From: Atopobium sp.
GTDB taxonomy: Bacteria; Actinomycetota; Coriobacteriia; Coriobacteriales; Atopobiaceae
Direction of reading: 5' to 3'
Assembly: GCA_018378955.1 (NCBI GenBank)
Contig: JAGZWL010000001.1
Location: 1 to 47,461, forward strand
DNA length: 47,461 bases
Below, piece after piece: positions 1-8,486 of this stretch. The notes under the pieces are model-generated. The model made no database searches. It had not been told where the DNA came from and was given only the letters and a program-made list of their open reading frames with translations. The position numbers and the translations under genes are program-made. The stretch's first letter is position 1, and every line of letters starts with the position of its first letter.

Positions 1-631
1 TGTAACCAAATAAGAAACGCTCTCCTATCTCGCCTTGAGCATCAGAAGCACATACGATTCCATGTTCATCTGAAGTAAGAAAAGCTTCATCAAATTCGGC
101 GGTTCCATCAAATACCTGGGCAATAACGTCTGGATTAAACTCTGTTGGCTCATGAAGAGTCTGTGCCATGTCTAACACTAAACTTGTGACTCCCGATCGA
201 ACGCTTTCTTCCGAGACGCCCGCAATAAGCTTTCCGTCTTTTACCAGCCAAAGCACCTCTGGTGCACAATGAGTTTGCTGCTCTTCTCGCTGTGAAATCC
301 TTGCGCGTCCCGCAAGAGACAGAACAGAATACTCTTCCAAAGACTGGTAAGGTCCGACAGTCATAGCAGCCTGTCCATTGCTCTCAAGCAAAATCATAAG
401 AACACCATCTGGAAACTCTTGTGATCCTTCTTTAAGCGTTCCTTCGATGTGCTGCTTAGCCCAGGCAATCAAGTGCGGAGAAACCTCTTTTTGCGCAACA
501 ACTCGCTTGCTCAGCGCACGTAAGTGCCTGTTATCAAGAGGGAGGACACCTCCAGATAATCTCCAACGACAAACAAGTTCTAGATTATCAAGCTCAAACT
601 TCTGAGCTGCTTCTAACTCTTCCTGGTCCAC
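1..631 (-). CDS. Partial (runs off the window) hypothetical protein, aminotransferase class IV (D-amino-acid aminotransferase/ADC lyase)-like fold
   Basis: Not in the ORF track; translated by hand from GTG at 631 (RBS GGGGGAGG): MDQEELEAAQKFELDNLELVCRWRL...SGVTSLVLDMAQTL...EFDEAFLTSDEHGIV. The DEAFLTS and GVT..VL segments resemble fold-type IV PLP enzymes. Confidence 0.6.
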   Translation of the reverse strand, partial: MDQEELEAAQKFELDNLELVCRWRLSGGVLPLDNRHLRALSKRVVAQKEVSPHLIAWAKQHIEGTLKEGSQEFPDGVLMILLESNGQAAMTVGPYQSLEEYSVLSLAGRARISQREEQQTHCAPEVLWLVKDGKLIAGVSEESVRSGVTSLVLDMAQTLHEPTEFNPDVIAQVFDGTAEFDEAFLTSDEHGIVCASDAQGEIGERFLFGY

Positions 632-684
632 AGTGTCCTCCCCCAACTTTTTTTAAAATGAACTGCTAATCCCGAATTAGCAGA

Positions 685-2274
685 TTAGTGCCTAAAGTGA
701 CGCTTGCCTGTAAACACCATTGCAATGCCGTATTCATCACAAGCAGCAATAGACTCATCATCTCTGACTGATCCGCCTGGCTGAATAATGGCTGTTACGC
801 CATGGGCCGCCAAGGTGTCAACGTTATCTCGGAATGGGAAGAAGGCATCAGATGCTGCCACAAGATTCTTTGAATCAATTCCCATGCGCTCACAAGCTGC
901 CTCTGCACGCTCACACGCGAGAAGAGCGGCGTCAACACGATTAGGCTGACCTGGCCCCATACCAATTCCAGCCTGATCTTTTGCAACCAAAATTGCATTT
1001 GACTTAACGGTCTTGCAAACTTTCCAAGCAAATACCAAATCGTTCAGCTCTTCTGGAGTCGGCTGGCGCTTGGTAACAACCTCAAAGCTCTCTGCGGTTT
1101 CATCTGCATGATCAAGGTCTTGCACCAACAATCCGCCGTCAACAGTTCTCATTTCAAGCTCACGGCTTCTATCGATTCCGCCTGTAGCTAAGACGCGGAG
1201 ATTTGTTCTCTTTGATAGACGCTCAAGAGCCTCTCCTGTGAAGCTTGGTGCAATAAGAACCTCAACAAACTGCTTATTGATGTCTGCAAAGTGCTCAACA
1301 AACTCCAGCGGAACCTCTCTATTAACTGCAATAATTCCACCAAATGCAGAGATTGGATCGCAAGCAAATGCTCGATCGTATGCCTCAACAACATTTTCCG
1401 CCGTAGCAGATCCACAAGGATTCTGGTGCTTCAAAATGATGACTGATGGGTCATCAAACTCACGAACAGCAGCCCAAGCTGCATCAGTATCAAGCAAATT
1501 GTTGTAAGACAAGGGCTTACCCTGAAGTTGCTGAGCGTTTGCCAGAGAGTGTGCAGGAGCTCCAGGCATCTTATAAAACGCTGCGGACTGCTGAGGATTT
1601 TCTCCGTAACGAAGATCTTGTTCTTTTGTTGCCTTTACCAGCAAAGTCTCTGGGAATTTACTTTGCTCTGCTTCAACAACACCAGAAAGGTATGCGGCAA
1701 TAGCGCCATCGTATGCAGCCGTTGTCTTAAATACCTTCAAAGCTAGCTGCTGGCGAGAAGCTCTTGTAGTTGCACCGTCATGGGCACGCATCTCATCAAG
1801 AACACGACCATAATCTGCCGGATCAACAACAACCGTAACAAAATCATTATTCTTTGCAGCAGAGCGGAGCATTGAAGGTCCACCGATATCGATATGCTCA
1901 ATTGCATTTTCAAGAGTTACTGATGGATCAGCTACAGTCTTCTCAAACTCATAGAGATTAACGCAGACCAGGTCAATCATGCCAATACCATTATTCTCTG
2001 CGTCTGCGACATGACCGGGATTATCTCTACGGCATAAAAGACCACCATGAACACGAGGATGCAGCGTCTTAACGCGGCCGTCCATCATCTCTGGAAATCC
2101 GGTATAAGACTCAATAGGAACTACAGGCACACCAGCCTCTTCGAGGATTTTTGCGGTTCCGCCTGTTGAAATTACCTCAACGCCAAACTCTTTAGTAAGC
2201 GTTTGTGCAAATTCAACAATACCTGTTTTGTCTGTTACCGAAATTAGCGCACGTTTGATAGGGGCCTCAGCCAT
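685..2274 (-). CDS. purH: Bifunctional AICAR transformylase/IMP cyclohydrolase
   Basis: RALISVTDK, STGGT, GRVKTLHP, IDIGGP, LRYGENPQQ, SDAFFPF, QPGGS, RHFRH motifs. Start moved to ATG 2274, which follows an AAAGGAG RBS. Confidence 0.97.
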   Translation of the reverse strand: MAEAPIKRALISVTDKTGIVEFAQTLTKEFGVEVISTGGTAKILEEAGVPVVPIESYTGFPEMMDGRVKTLHPRVHGGLLCRRDNPGHVADAENNGIGMIDLVCVNLYEFEKTVADPSVTLENAIEHIDIGGPSMLRSAAKNNDFVTVVVDPADYGRVLDEMRAHDGATTRASRQQLALKVFKTTAAYDGAIAAYLSGVVEAEQSKFPETLLVKATKEQDLRYGENPQQSAAFYKMPGAPAHSLANAQQLQGKPLSYNNLLDTDAAWAAVREFDDPSVIILKHQNPCGSATAENVVEAYDRAFACDPISAFGGIIAVNREVPLEFVEHFADINKQFVEVLIAPSFTGEALERLSKRTNLRVLATGGIDRSRELEMRTVDGGLLVQDLDHADETAESFEVVTKRQPTPEELNDLVFAWKVCKTVKSNAILVAKDQAGIGMGPGQPNRVDAALLACERAEAACERMGIDSKNLVAASDAFFPFRDNVDTLAAHGVTAIIQPGGSVRDDESIAACDEYGIAMVFTGKRHFRH

Positions 2275-2414
2275 TGCCGCTCCTTTGTGTTCGACACTTG
2301 CTATCAGAAACACTTACAGCCTATCAGCTGCGAAACACTACGTACTAGATGTAAACAAACTTGAAACTATTCTATAATCTTCCGCTGTAAAACACCTGAA
2401 AGGAACTATTTCAT

Positions 2415-3044
2415 ATGTCTGCCGATGCTCCAATCATAGTCCCCTTCGAAGATACTGACTTATCAGAACTTATATCAATCGTTGAACGTGTCTGGTACTT
2501 GGATGGCGGTGAATCAAAAGATGAAAGTCGCTCACTTGCAACTATTGATATCGCCCATTTTATTGGCGTTTCTACTCATCGCTTTGTAGCAAAGCAAAAT
2601 GGCCAAATACTTGGTCTTATTTTCTGCTCAAACGGAGAAATCCCAGCAGATTTTGAAAAATGGCAGAAGTTAGAAAACGAAACAACAGCAAAAGCTAAGA
2701 AACTATTGAGTGAAGCTCGCTTTAAGGACTACGAGATCTTTGGTGATGTCGAATCTCATCTTGTTCATGATTATTGGAACACAAACACTAACGATGCCAA
2801 ATGGGAAATTACTCTGTTCTGCGTTAACCCCGCTATAAAGAGCCAAGGTATTGGGGGCATGCTCTTCTCCTACGTTCTGGACTTTATGAAAGAGCAAGGA
2901 GCTAAGCATTACTTCCTTGCAACTGATGACGATTGCGACTTTGGTTTCTATCAGCACAAAGGCCTCACCTGTAAAGATAAGGCAGCTATTAAGTCATCAA
3001 CAAAAGACTATGGATTTGCCTATATCTATGCGGGAGATCTCTAA
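2415..3044 (+). CDS. GNAT family N-acetyltransferase
   Basis: Acetyl-CoA motif V.P..KSQGIG..L and C-terminal FYQHKG; AAGGA RBS. Confidence 0.85.
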   Translation: MSADAPIIVPFEDTDLSELISIVERVWYLDGGESKDESRSLATIDIAHFIGVSTHRFVAKQNGQILGLIFCSNGEIPADFEKWQKLENETTAKAKKLLSEARFKDYEIFGDVESHLVHDYWNTNTNDAKWEITLFCVNPAIKSQGIGGMLFSYVLDFMKEQGAKHYFLATDDDCDFGFYQHKGLTCKDKAAIKSSTKDYGFAYIYAGDL

Positions 3045-3046
3045 GA

Positions 3047-3982
3047 ATGAGTTCTTACATTGGAAGATTTGCGCCAACTCCTTCTGGAAGGATGCACCTA
3101 GGCAACGTTTTCTCAGCGCTTATGGCTTGGGCCAGCGTTCGCTCCCAAAATGGCAGCTTTATTCTTCGCATCGAAGACTTGGATATTCGTGCTCATAATC
3201 CTCAATACACCTCCCTTCTCCTGGATGATTTACAGTGGTTGGGACTAACTTGGGACAGAGGGCCGTTTTTCCAAAGCAAGCGTTCGGAACTCTATCAGGA
3301 CGCTCTATTGAAATTGAAACAACAGAAACTTTTGTATCCTTGCTTTTGTTCCCGAGCAGACTTACACGCTGCACAAGCTCCTCATGCCAGCGATGGTGCA
3401 TATGTCTATGCGGGAACCTGCCGCGACCTGAGCAAATCCAAGCGTGAAGAGCTTTCCAAACATAAAATTCCAGCAAATCGCATACGAGTTCCTAATAAGA
3501 CCTACGCGTTTGAAGACAAAGTCTATGGTCAAACATCTCAAAATCTTTCTAAATTATGTGGAGACTTTATTGTCCAGCGTGCAGACGAAGTCTTTGCATA
3601 TCAGCTTGCTGTAGTAGTTGACGATGCTGACATGGGCGTAACTGAAGTAGTTAGAGGATCAGACCTTCTCTCGTCTACTCCTCGACAGCTTTATTTACAA
3701 GATGTGCTTGGCTTTTCTCATCCCATCTATGCTCACCTCCCGCTACTTGTTGCGCCAGATGGCAGGAGACTTTCTAAACGCAATCACGATCTAGACCTTG
3801 GTGTTCTGAGAGACCAAGGAAAAACACCAGAAGAGATTCTTGGCTTTCTGGCTTATTGCGTAGGTCTTGCAGAAAAAGAAGAACCTCTTTCTGCAGTACA
3901 AGTTGCCAATCGCTTTTCATGGGATGTACTTCGCGCTCACCGAAAAAACGTGGTTGTTGAGCATTTTTCACATGTTTTGTAA
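3047..3982 (+). CDS. gluQ: Glutamyl-Q tRNA(Asp) synthetase
   Basis: GRFAPTPSGRMHLGN (HIGH-like), LRIEDLD, YPCFCSR, YQLAVVVDD, RLSKR; 311 aa with no anticodon-binding domain. Confidence 0.92.
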   Translation: MSSYIGRFAPTPSGRMHLGNVFSALMAWASVRSQNGSFILRIEDLDIRAHNPQYTSLLLDDLQWLGLTWDRGPFFQSKRSELYQDALLKLKQQKLLYPCFCSRADLHAAQAPHASDGAYVYAGTCRDLSKSKREELSKHKIPANRIRVPNKTYAFEDKVYGQTSQNLSKLCGDFIVQRADEVFAYQLAVVVDDADMGVTEVVRGSDLLSSTPRQLYLQDVLGFSHPIYAHLPLLVAPDGRRLSKRNHDLDLGVLRDQGKTPEEILGFLAYCVGLAEKEEPLSAVQVANRFSWDVLRAHRKNVVVEHFSHVL

Positions 3983-4037
3983 AATGTCTTATTGTGAGTG
4001 ACGCCAGTTCGGGGTATCATTCTCAAGCACCCATTTT

Positions 4038-4128
4038 GGAGAGCTGACCGAGAGGCCGAAGGTGCTCGCCTGCTAAGCGAGTATGGGCCCCAAGCCCATC
4101 TGGGGTTCGAATCCCCAGCTCTCCGCCA
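4038..4128 (+). tRNA. tRNA-Ser(GCT)
   Basis: GGAGAGC/GCTCTCC acceptor stem, anticodon arm CTCGC-CTGCTAA-GCGAG, long variable arm, GTTCGAATC, encoded CCA. Confidence 0.97.
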
Positions 4129-4240
4129 GAATTTTCTGCTCGTTGCATCTCTGCAACGAGCTTTTTTCTTACCAGAAAGAACTTTTTCTAAGATTAGTCT
4201 TGCATTTTCAACTGGAAAATGGCATTCTATCTACTTGCAC

Positions 4241-4317
4241 GCGGCGTTACCTCAGCTGGATAGAGGACCTGACTACGAATCAGGGCGTCATAGGTTCGAA
4301 TCCTATACGCCGCACCA
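4241..4317 (+). tRNA. tRNA-Arg(ACG)
   Basis: GCGGCGT/ACGCCGC acceptor stem, anticodon arm CCTGA-CTACGAA-TCAGG, GTTCGAATC, CCA. Confidence 0.97.
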
Positions 4318-4326
4318 CTTGAACTT

Positions 4327-4352
4327 AAGAGCTCCTTCGGGAGCTCTTTTTT
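4327..4352. terminator. Intrinsic terminator after the tRNAs, between convergent genes
   Basis: AAGAGCTCC-TTCG-GGAGCTCTT followed by a T run. Confidence 0.85.
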
Positions 4353-4353
4353 A

Positions 4354-4674
4354 TTATCTACCTGGTCTTAAAGCTACTTCACCGGAAGAGTTTGCATACA
4401 AATACTGATAAGAAATGCCGGCTTCATCAAGCTCATCCATTACCTCAGCCATGCATGTTTCCGCCATGATGACCTCCAGATACTCTTGTGGGCTTAGATC
4501 TTTTAAACCCACTCTACCTTGGCCTGAAATCCACTTTCTTAAAGTTGTAAGTTGCTCTGATGCAATATGGATCTCTGAATAAAACTCCTTGTGGCCGAAT
4601 CCAATTTTTGCCGCACTGCCCTGAACAAACTGCCTTAATACAATTTCTTTCTGTACCTCTACCAGACCTTTCAT
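4354..4674 (-). CDS. Small hypothetical protein (106 aa), probably LexA-controlled
   Basis: ATG 4674 with GAGGTGG RBS, an upstream extended -10 and a downstream terminator; no recognisable family. Confidence 0.75.
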   Translation of the reverse strand: MKGLVEVQKEIVLRQFVQGSAAKIGFGHKEFYSEIHIASEQLTTLRKWISGQGRVGLKDLSPQEYLEVIMAETCMAEVMDELDEAGISYQYLYANSSGEVALRPGR

Positions 4675-4703
4675 AGCCACCTCTTTCTTCCTTTGCTGAT
4701 CTC

Positions 4704-4739
4704 AGTATAGCAAATTTATAGAACATATGTTCTATAAAT
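4704..4739 (-). promoter_or_regulatory. Promoter (TG-C-TATACT) with a LexA-type SOS box GAAC-N4-GTTC inside a perfect 26-bp palindrome
   Basis: ATTTATAGAACATATGTTCTATAAAT at 4714-4739; GAACATATGTTC at 4721-4732 covers the expected -35 position; extended -10 at 4712-4704. Confidence 0.8.
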
Positions 4740-4747
4740 CAGCAAAA

Positions 4748-4782
4748 GAAATGGTCTTCACAATTCACTAGAAGACCATTTC
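4748..4782 (-). terminator. serS terminator
   Basis: GAAATGGTCTTC...GAAGACCATTTC 12-bp stem followed by TTTT on the minus strand. Confidence 0.75.
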
Positions 4783-4815
4783 AGAGATTGAATCAATTTT
4801 GATTAAAAAGAGAAA

Positions 4816-6099
4816 CTATTCTGGTCGAATAACCTCGATGCCACCCATGTAAGGACGGAGCGCCTCGGGCACGGTAACGGAGCCATCTGCGTTCTGATAA
4901 TTCTCCATAATTGCAGCCATTGTACGGCCAACTGCCAGACCGGAGCCGTTAAGCGTGTGAACTAGACGGGTGCCCTTGAACTCTGCTGGATCCTTATAGC
5001 GGATATTTGCACGACGGGCCTGGAAATCCCAGCAGTTAGAGCAAGAAGAAATCTCCTTGTATGCGTTATAGCTTGGGAGCCAAACTTCAATGTCATAGCA
5101 CTTGCATGCAGAGAAGCCAATGTCACCAGTGCAGAGAGTAACCACGTGATAAGGAAGACCCAGAAGCTGAAGGATCTTCTCGGCTTCTTGAACCATGGAC
5201 TCAAGCTGATTCATGGAGTCTTCGGGCTTTGCAAACTTGACCATCTCTACCTTGTCAAACTGGTGAACGCGGATGATGCCACGGGTGTCTCGACCAGCTG
5301 AACCTGCCTCCTCGCGGAAGCATGGGGTGAATGCGGTATAGAGCAGAGGGAGCTGAGATGCGTCCAGAATCTCGTCACGATGGATGTTTGTGAGCTGGAC
5401 CTCAGCAGTTGGAATGAGGTAGAGGTCAGGCTGTACGTGATAGAGGTCCTCTTCAAACTTAGGAAGCTGACCAGTGCCAAACAGAGAATCCTGATTTGTG
5501 ATAACTGGTGGCCACCACTCTTTGAAGCCTGCCTGGTTATGTGTATCAATCATGAAGTTGATAAGCGCACGCTCCATGCGAGCGCCCATGCCGCCAAGAA
5601 GATAGAAGCGAGTTCCTGCAAGCTTTACGCCACGGTCAAAATCAATCATGCCCAGCTCGGGTCCAAGATCCCAGTGCGCCTTTGGCTCAAAATCAAACTG
5701 AGTTGGCTCTCCCCACTTGCGAACCTCAGGGTTATCAGAGTCATCCTTGCCATAAGGAACGGATGCGTCAGGAATGTTTGGAATAGCTGCAACAAGGGCG
5801 GTGAGCTCTTCCTCAACCTCTCCGCGGCGCTGATCAAGCTCTGCGATGCGGTCTTTGTTAGCTGCTACCTGCTCTTTAGCTGCCTCAGCCTCTTCCTTCT
5901 TGCCCTCACGCATAAGAAGGCCAATCTGCTTAGAAACAGCGTTACGCTCTGCCTGAAGAGACTCAACCTCGGCAATTACGCTTCTGCGTTCCTCGTCAAG
6001 CTCAAAGAATTTCTCGCGATCCCAATGAGCATTTTGCCTGGACTCGCAAGACTTATCTACGAGGTCAGGATTCTCGCGCACAAATTTGATATCAAGCAT
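4816..6099 (-). CDS. serS: Serine--tRNA ligase
   Basis: MLDIKFVREN start, coiled coil, LIPTAEV, FREEAG, RVHQFDKVE, EISSCSN, HTLNGSGLAVGR. Confidence 0.98.
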   Translation of the reverse strand: MLDIKFVRENPDLVDKSCESRQNAHWDREKFFELDEERRSVIAEVESLQAERNAVSKQIGLLMREGKKEEAEAAKEQVAANKDRIAELDQRRGEVEEELTALVAAIPNIPDASVPYGKDDSDNPEVRKWGEPTQFDFEPKAHWDLGPELGMIDFDRGVKLAGTRFYLLGGMGARMERALINFMIDTHNQAGFKEWWPPVITNQDSLFGTGQLPKFEEDLYHVQPDLYLIPTAEVQLTNIHRDEILDASQLPLLYTAFTPCFREEAGSAGRDTRGIIRVHQFDKVEMVKFAKPEDSMNQLESMVQEAEKILQLLGLPYHVVTLCTGDIGFSACKCYDIEVWLPSYNAYKEISSCSNCWDFQARRANIRYKDPAEFKGTRLVHTLNGSGLAVGRTMAAIMENYQNADGSVTVPEALRPYMGGIEVIRPE

Positions 6100-6192
6100 G
6101 CAGCTTCTCCTTGAATCAACACTTTTTTGGCAGTGCATTTTTTCTTATAGCTTACCAAGTATATACTTGTATTCAGATTCTTAACCCTTCAC

Positions 6193-6429
6193 ATGTTCTG
6201 GAGCTGGATTATGGACGCAATTAACTCATTTGTCGGCTGGCTTTTTGGCGATAAAACCGGTGTGTTGTTCCTCGTACTTGGTGGAATTCTGCTCTTTTTG
6301 GTTATTTCTTTTGTGTTAGAGCGCAAAACTAAGAAGATGTATTTCAACCACAAAAAGACTGAAGACGACTGGGACCTCTTTGGTGACGACCAAGAGGGTT
6401 GGTCTGACTTTGAATCAGATAACAAATAG
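6193..6429 (+). CDS. Small single-TM membrane protein with an acidic C-terminal tail (start may be ATG 6211)
   Basis: Hydrophobic helix GVLFLVLGGILLFLVISFVL, then a basic patch and an acidic tail; fills the intergenic gap and is followed by a terminator. Confidence 0.7.
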   Translation: MFWSWIMDAINSFVGWLFGDKTGVLFLVLGGILLFLVISFVLERKTKKMYFNHKKTEDDWDLFGDDQEGWSDFESDNK

Positions 6430-6434
6430 GTAAC

Positions 6435-6460
6435 AAAAAAGCCCCGTGAAGGGGCTTTTT
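6435..6460. terminator. Bidirectional intrinsic terminator
   Basis: AAAAAAGCCCC-GTGAA-GGGGCTTTTT. Confidence 0.85.
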
Positions 6461-6469
6461 AAATACAAA

Positions 6470-6556
6470 TGGTGCGGGCGAAGGGACTTGAACCCCCATG
6501 AACTTGCGTTCATACGGACCTGAACCGTACGCGTCTGCCAATTCCGCCACACCCGC
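6470..6556 (-). tRNA. tRNA-Leu(CAG)
   Basis: Reverse complement GCGGGTGTGGCGGAATTGGCAGACGCG-TACGG-TTCAGGT-CCGTA...GTTCAAGTC...CCCGCACCA; long variable arm. Confidence 0.97.
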
Positions 6557-6689
6557 GTGCTAGGGAATAATACTACAACATTTTGTTTTCTTCTAATGGA
6601 AAAACAATAGATATATAAGAAAATTCTTTTCAGCGGTAGAATATAGACAGTCACGGCCAACAAACACACTTTAAACACAGGAGGTTGCC

Positions 6690-8486
6690 GTGAGTGACTC
6701 GCGGTCACAGACCACGCAGACTACATATCTACATTCACCTTCTGCTCAGCAGGCATCTCCTGCAGCTGAGCCAGAGATTTTGCTGGATCGATATCGCGTT
6801 CTTGCCCGTAGGGGTAATGGAGGCTTTGGCACCGTCTGTACCTGCTGGGATACTCGTTTGCAGAGGCGCGTAGCAATCAAACGTATGCCGCTTTTAGGTG
6901 CTTCCGAAACACCTGGTGTGCTTGCTTCTACTGTTGACGAGGCTCTTTCAGAGGCAAGAACAGCCTGTTTGCTGGCGCATCCCAACATTGTGACCGTTCA
7001 CGATTTTGAGATTGAAGGCGACTACGCTTACCTGGTCATGGAGTTTGTTGACGGCCTTAATCTGTCAGAGCTTCTAGCTCGTGTTGAAGGCGGTTATCTC
7101 ACCTATGCCGAAGCAGCTCACATGGTTTCTTCACTTGCAAAGGCGCTTCAATATGCCCATGAAAATGGCGTGCTCCATCTGGACATTAAGCCAACAAACA
7201 TCATGATCGACCGCCAAGGCACCGTAAAACTTGCTGACTTTGGTATGGCAACACTTGCCTCAGCTGCTGGTTATGGCGGTGCTCGAGGTGGCACGGTTGG
7301 CTACATGCCTCCTGAGCAGGTTGAAGGCATGCTTGTTGACGAGCGCGCTGATATTTTCTCGCTTGCTGTTGTTTTGAGGCAGGCGCTAACAGGCACAAAC
7401 ATATTTGCAGGTAGAACAGCTAAAGAGTCCCTTGATCGCATGTACAAGGGCCCAAAGATTCCTCTTCTTAAGGAGGATCCCGAGGTTCCGTTTGCTGTAG
7501 ACGCCGCCCTGACGCAGGCACTTTCTCCTGAGCCATCAATGAGACAGGGAAGCGTCTTAGAGTTTGCCCAAGATATTGTTGCTCCTCTTGGCAGCGAAAA
7601 ACAGGGCGAGAAAAGCCTCAAGGCCCTCGTAGAACAGTCAGAAGAAGAGGAAACCGAGACGTGGGACGTCAAGCATCTTCCCCTCTCAATCCGCTTCCCC
7701 TGGCTGCCCTCGGCTGCCGTGCGTGGCACAACCGCCTTGGTCACCGGCGTTCTTCTCGCCCAATTGTTCCAGCTCATTGCCCCAGAATCGCTTACGTTTA
7801 TTGTGGTTGGCTCTCTTGTGGGGGCTGCAGCTGCCGCTCTTTGGACGCCCTTAGGATCTGCGCTTGTCATCGCGTGCGCGGTGTACGCTTTGGCAAGTAT
7901 TAGTCCTACCAGCACTTCGTTTCCGTTTGCGACGCTCGTAACCTTGGTGAGCGTTATCTGGTGGGCGTTTGCGGGAAGAGTCTCAAAATTCAGCAGCATT
8001 AACTGCCTCTTAGGCGCCTTGTTGCCTGCTCCGGTTTCAGCTCCAGCACTAGTTTCTACAACAATGAGACCTCTTCCTGCAGCTTTAACAGGAGCCTTTA
8101 GCTTTCTCTTTGGAACACTGCTTGTCAAAGGCTTGTCTTTTGGCTTTGCTGCAACACCCCTTGCCTATGACTACACCTCACTGGCCTCGGGCCTTCCGTT
8201 TTGGACTCGTTTGGGAGCATGCGCTCTATCTGCTCTTTTGGGATCGCTGATAAGCCAAAAAAGACGACGCGGATGGGCGGTTTTTGGACAAATTGTCTGC
8301 GCCTCATTGCTTTCAGGTGGCTTTATATGGGCAGCTTGGATGGAGAATCCCAATTTTTGGGTAGTTGAAAGTATAGTTTCTGTACTAATTACGTTATTCT
8401 TATGTGTACTTGTATGTATTGCAATTGTCCTGATAGGTCCACTTCAAGCGGATCAGGAAGGCGAGGAATTAGATGAGCTTTCTTAG
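6690..8486 (+). CDS. Hanks-type Ser/Thr protein kinase with a polytopic membrane C-terminal domain
   Basis: GNGGFG, VAIK, HLDIKPTN, DFG, GTVGYMPPE, DIFS; many hydrophobic helices after residue ~340; GTG start with AGGAGG RBS. Confidence 0.92.
   Translation: MSDSRSQTTQTTYLHSPSAQQASPAAEPEILLDRYRVLARRGNGGFGTVCTCWDTRLQRRVAIKRMPLLGASETPGVLASTVDEALSEARTACLLAHPNIVTVHDFEIEGDYAYLVMEFVDGLNLSELLARVEGGYLTYAEAAHMVSSLAKALQYAHENGVLHLDIKPTNIMIDRQGTVKLADFGMATLASAAGYGGARGGTVGYMPPEQVEGMLVDERADIFSLAVVLRQALTGTNIFAGRTAKESLDRMYKGPKIPLLKEDPEVPFAVDAALTQALSPEPSMRQGSVLEFAQDIVAPLGSEKQGEKSLKALVEQSEEEETETWDVKHLPLSIRFPWLPSAAVRGTTALVTGVLLAQLFQLIAPESLTFIVVGSLVGAAAAALWTPLGSALVIACAVYALASISPTSTSFPFATLVTLVSVIWWAFAGRVSKFSSINCLLGALLPAPVSAPALVSTTMRPLPAALTGAFSFLFGTLLVKGLSFGFAATPLAYDYTSLASGLPFWTRLGACALSALLGSLISQKRRRGWAVFGQIVCASLLSGGFIWAAWMENPNFWVVESIVSVLITLFLCVLVCIAIVLIGPLQADQEGEELDELS

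Noticed and set aside
2275..2414. Possible ZTP (pfl) riboswitch upstream of purH
   Set aside because: Short AT-rich divergent promoter region with no recognisable aptamer or pseudoknot by eye.
3998..4408. 136-aa and 79-aa + strand ORFs
   Set aside because: They overlap tRNA-Ser and tRNA-Arg and are shadow ORFs.
7301..8128. 275-aa minus-strand ORF (likewise 5380-6114, 17012-17632, 18111-18857)
   Set aside because: Antisense to well-supported genes, with no motifs of their own.
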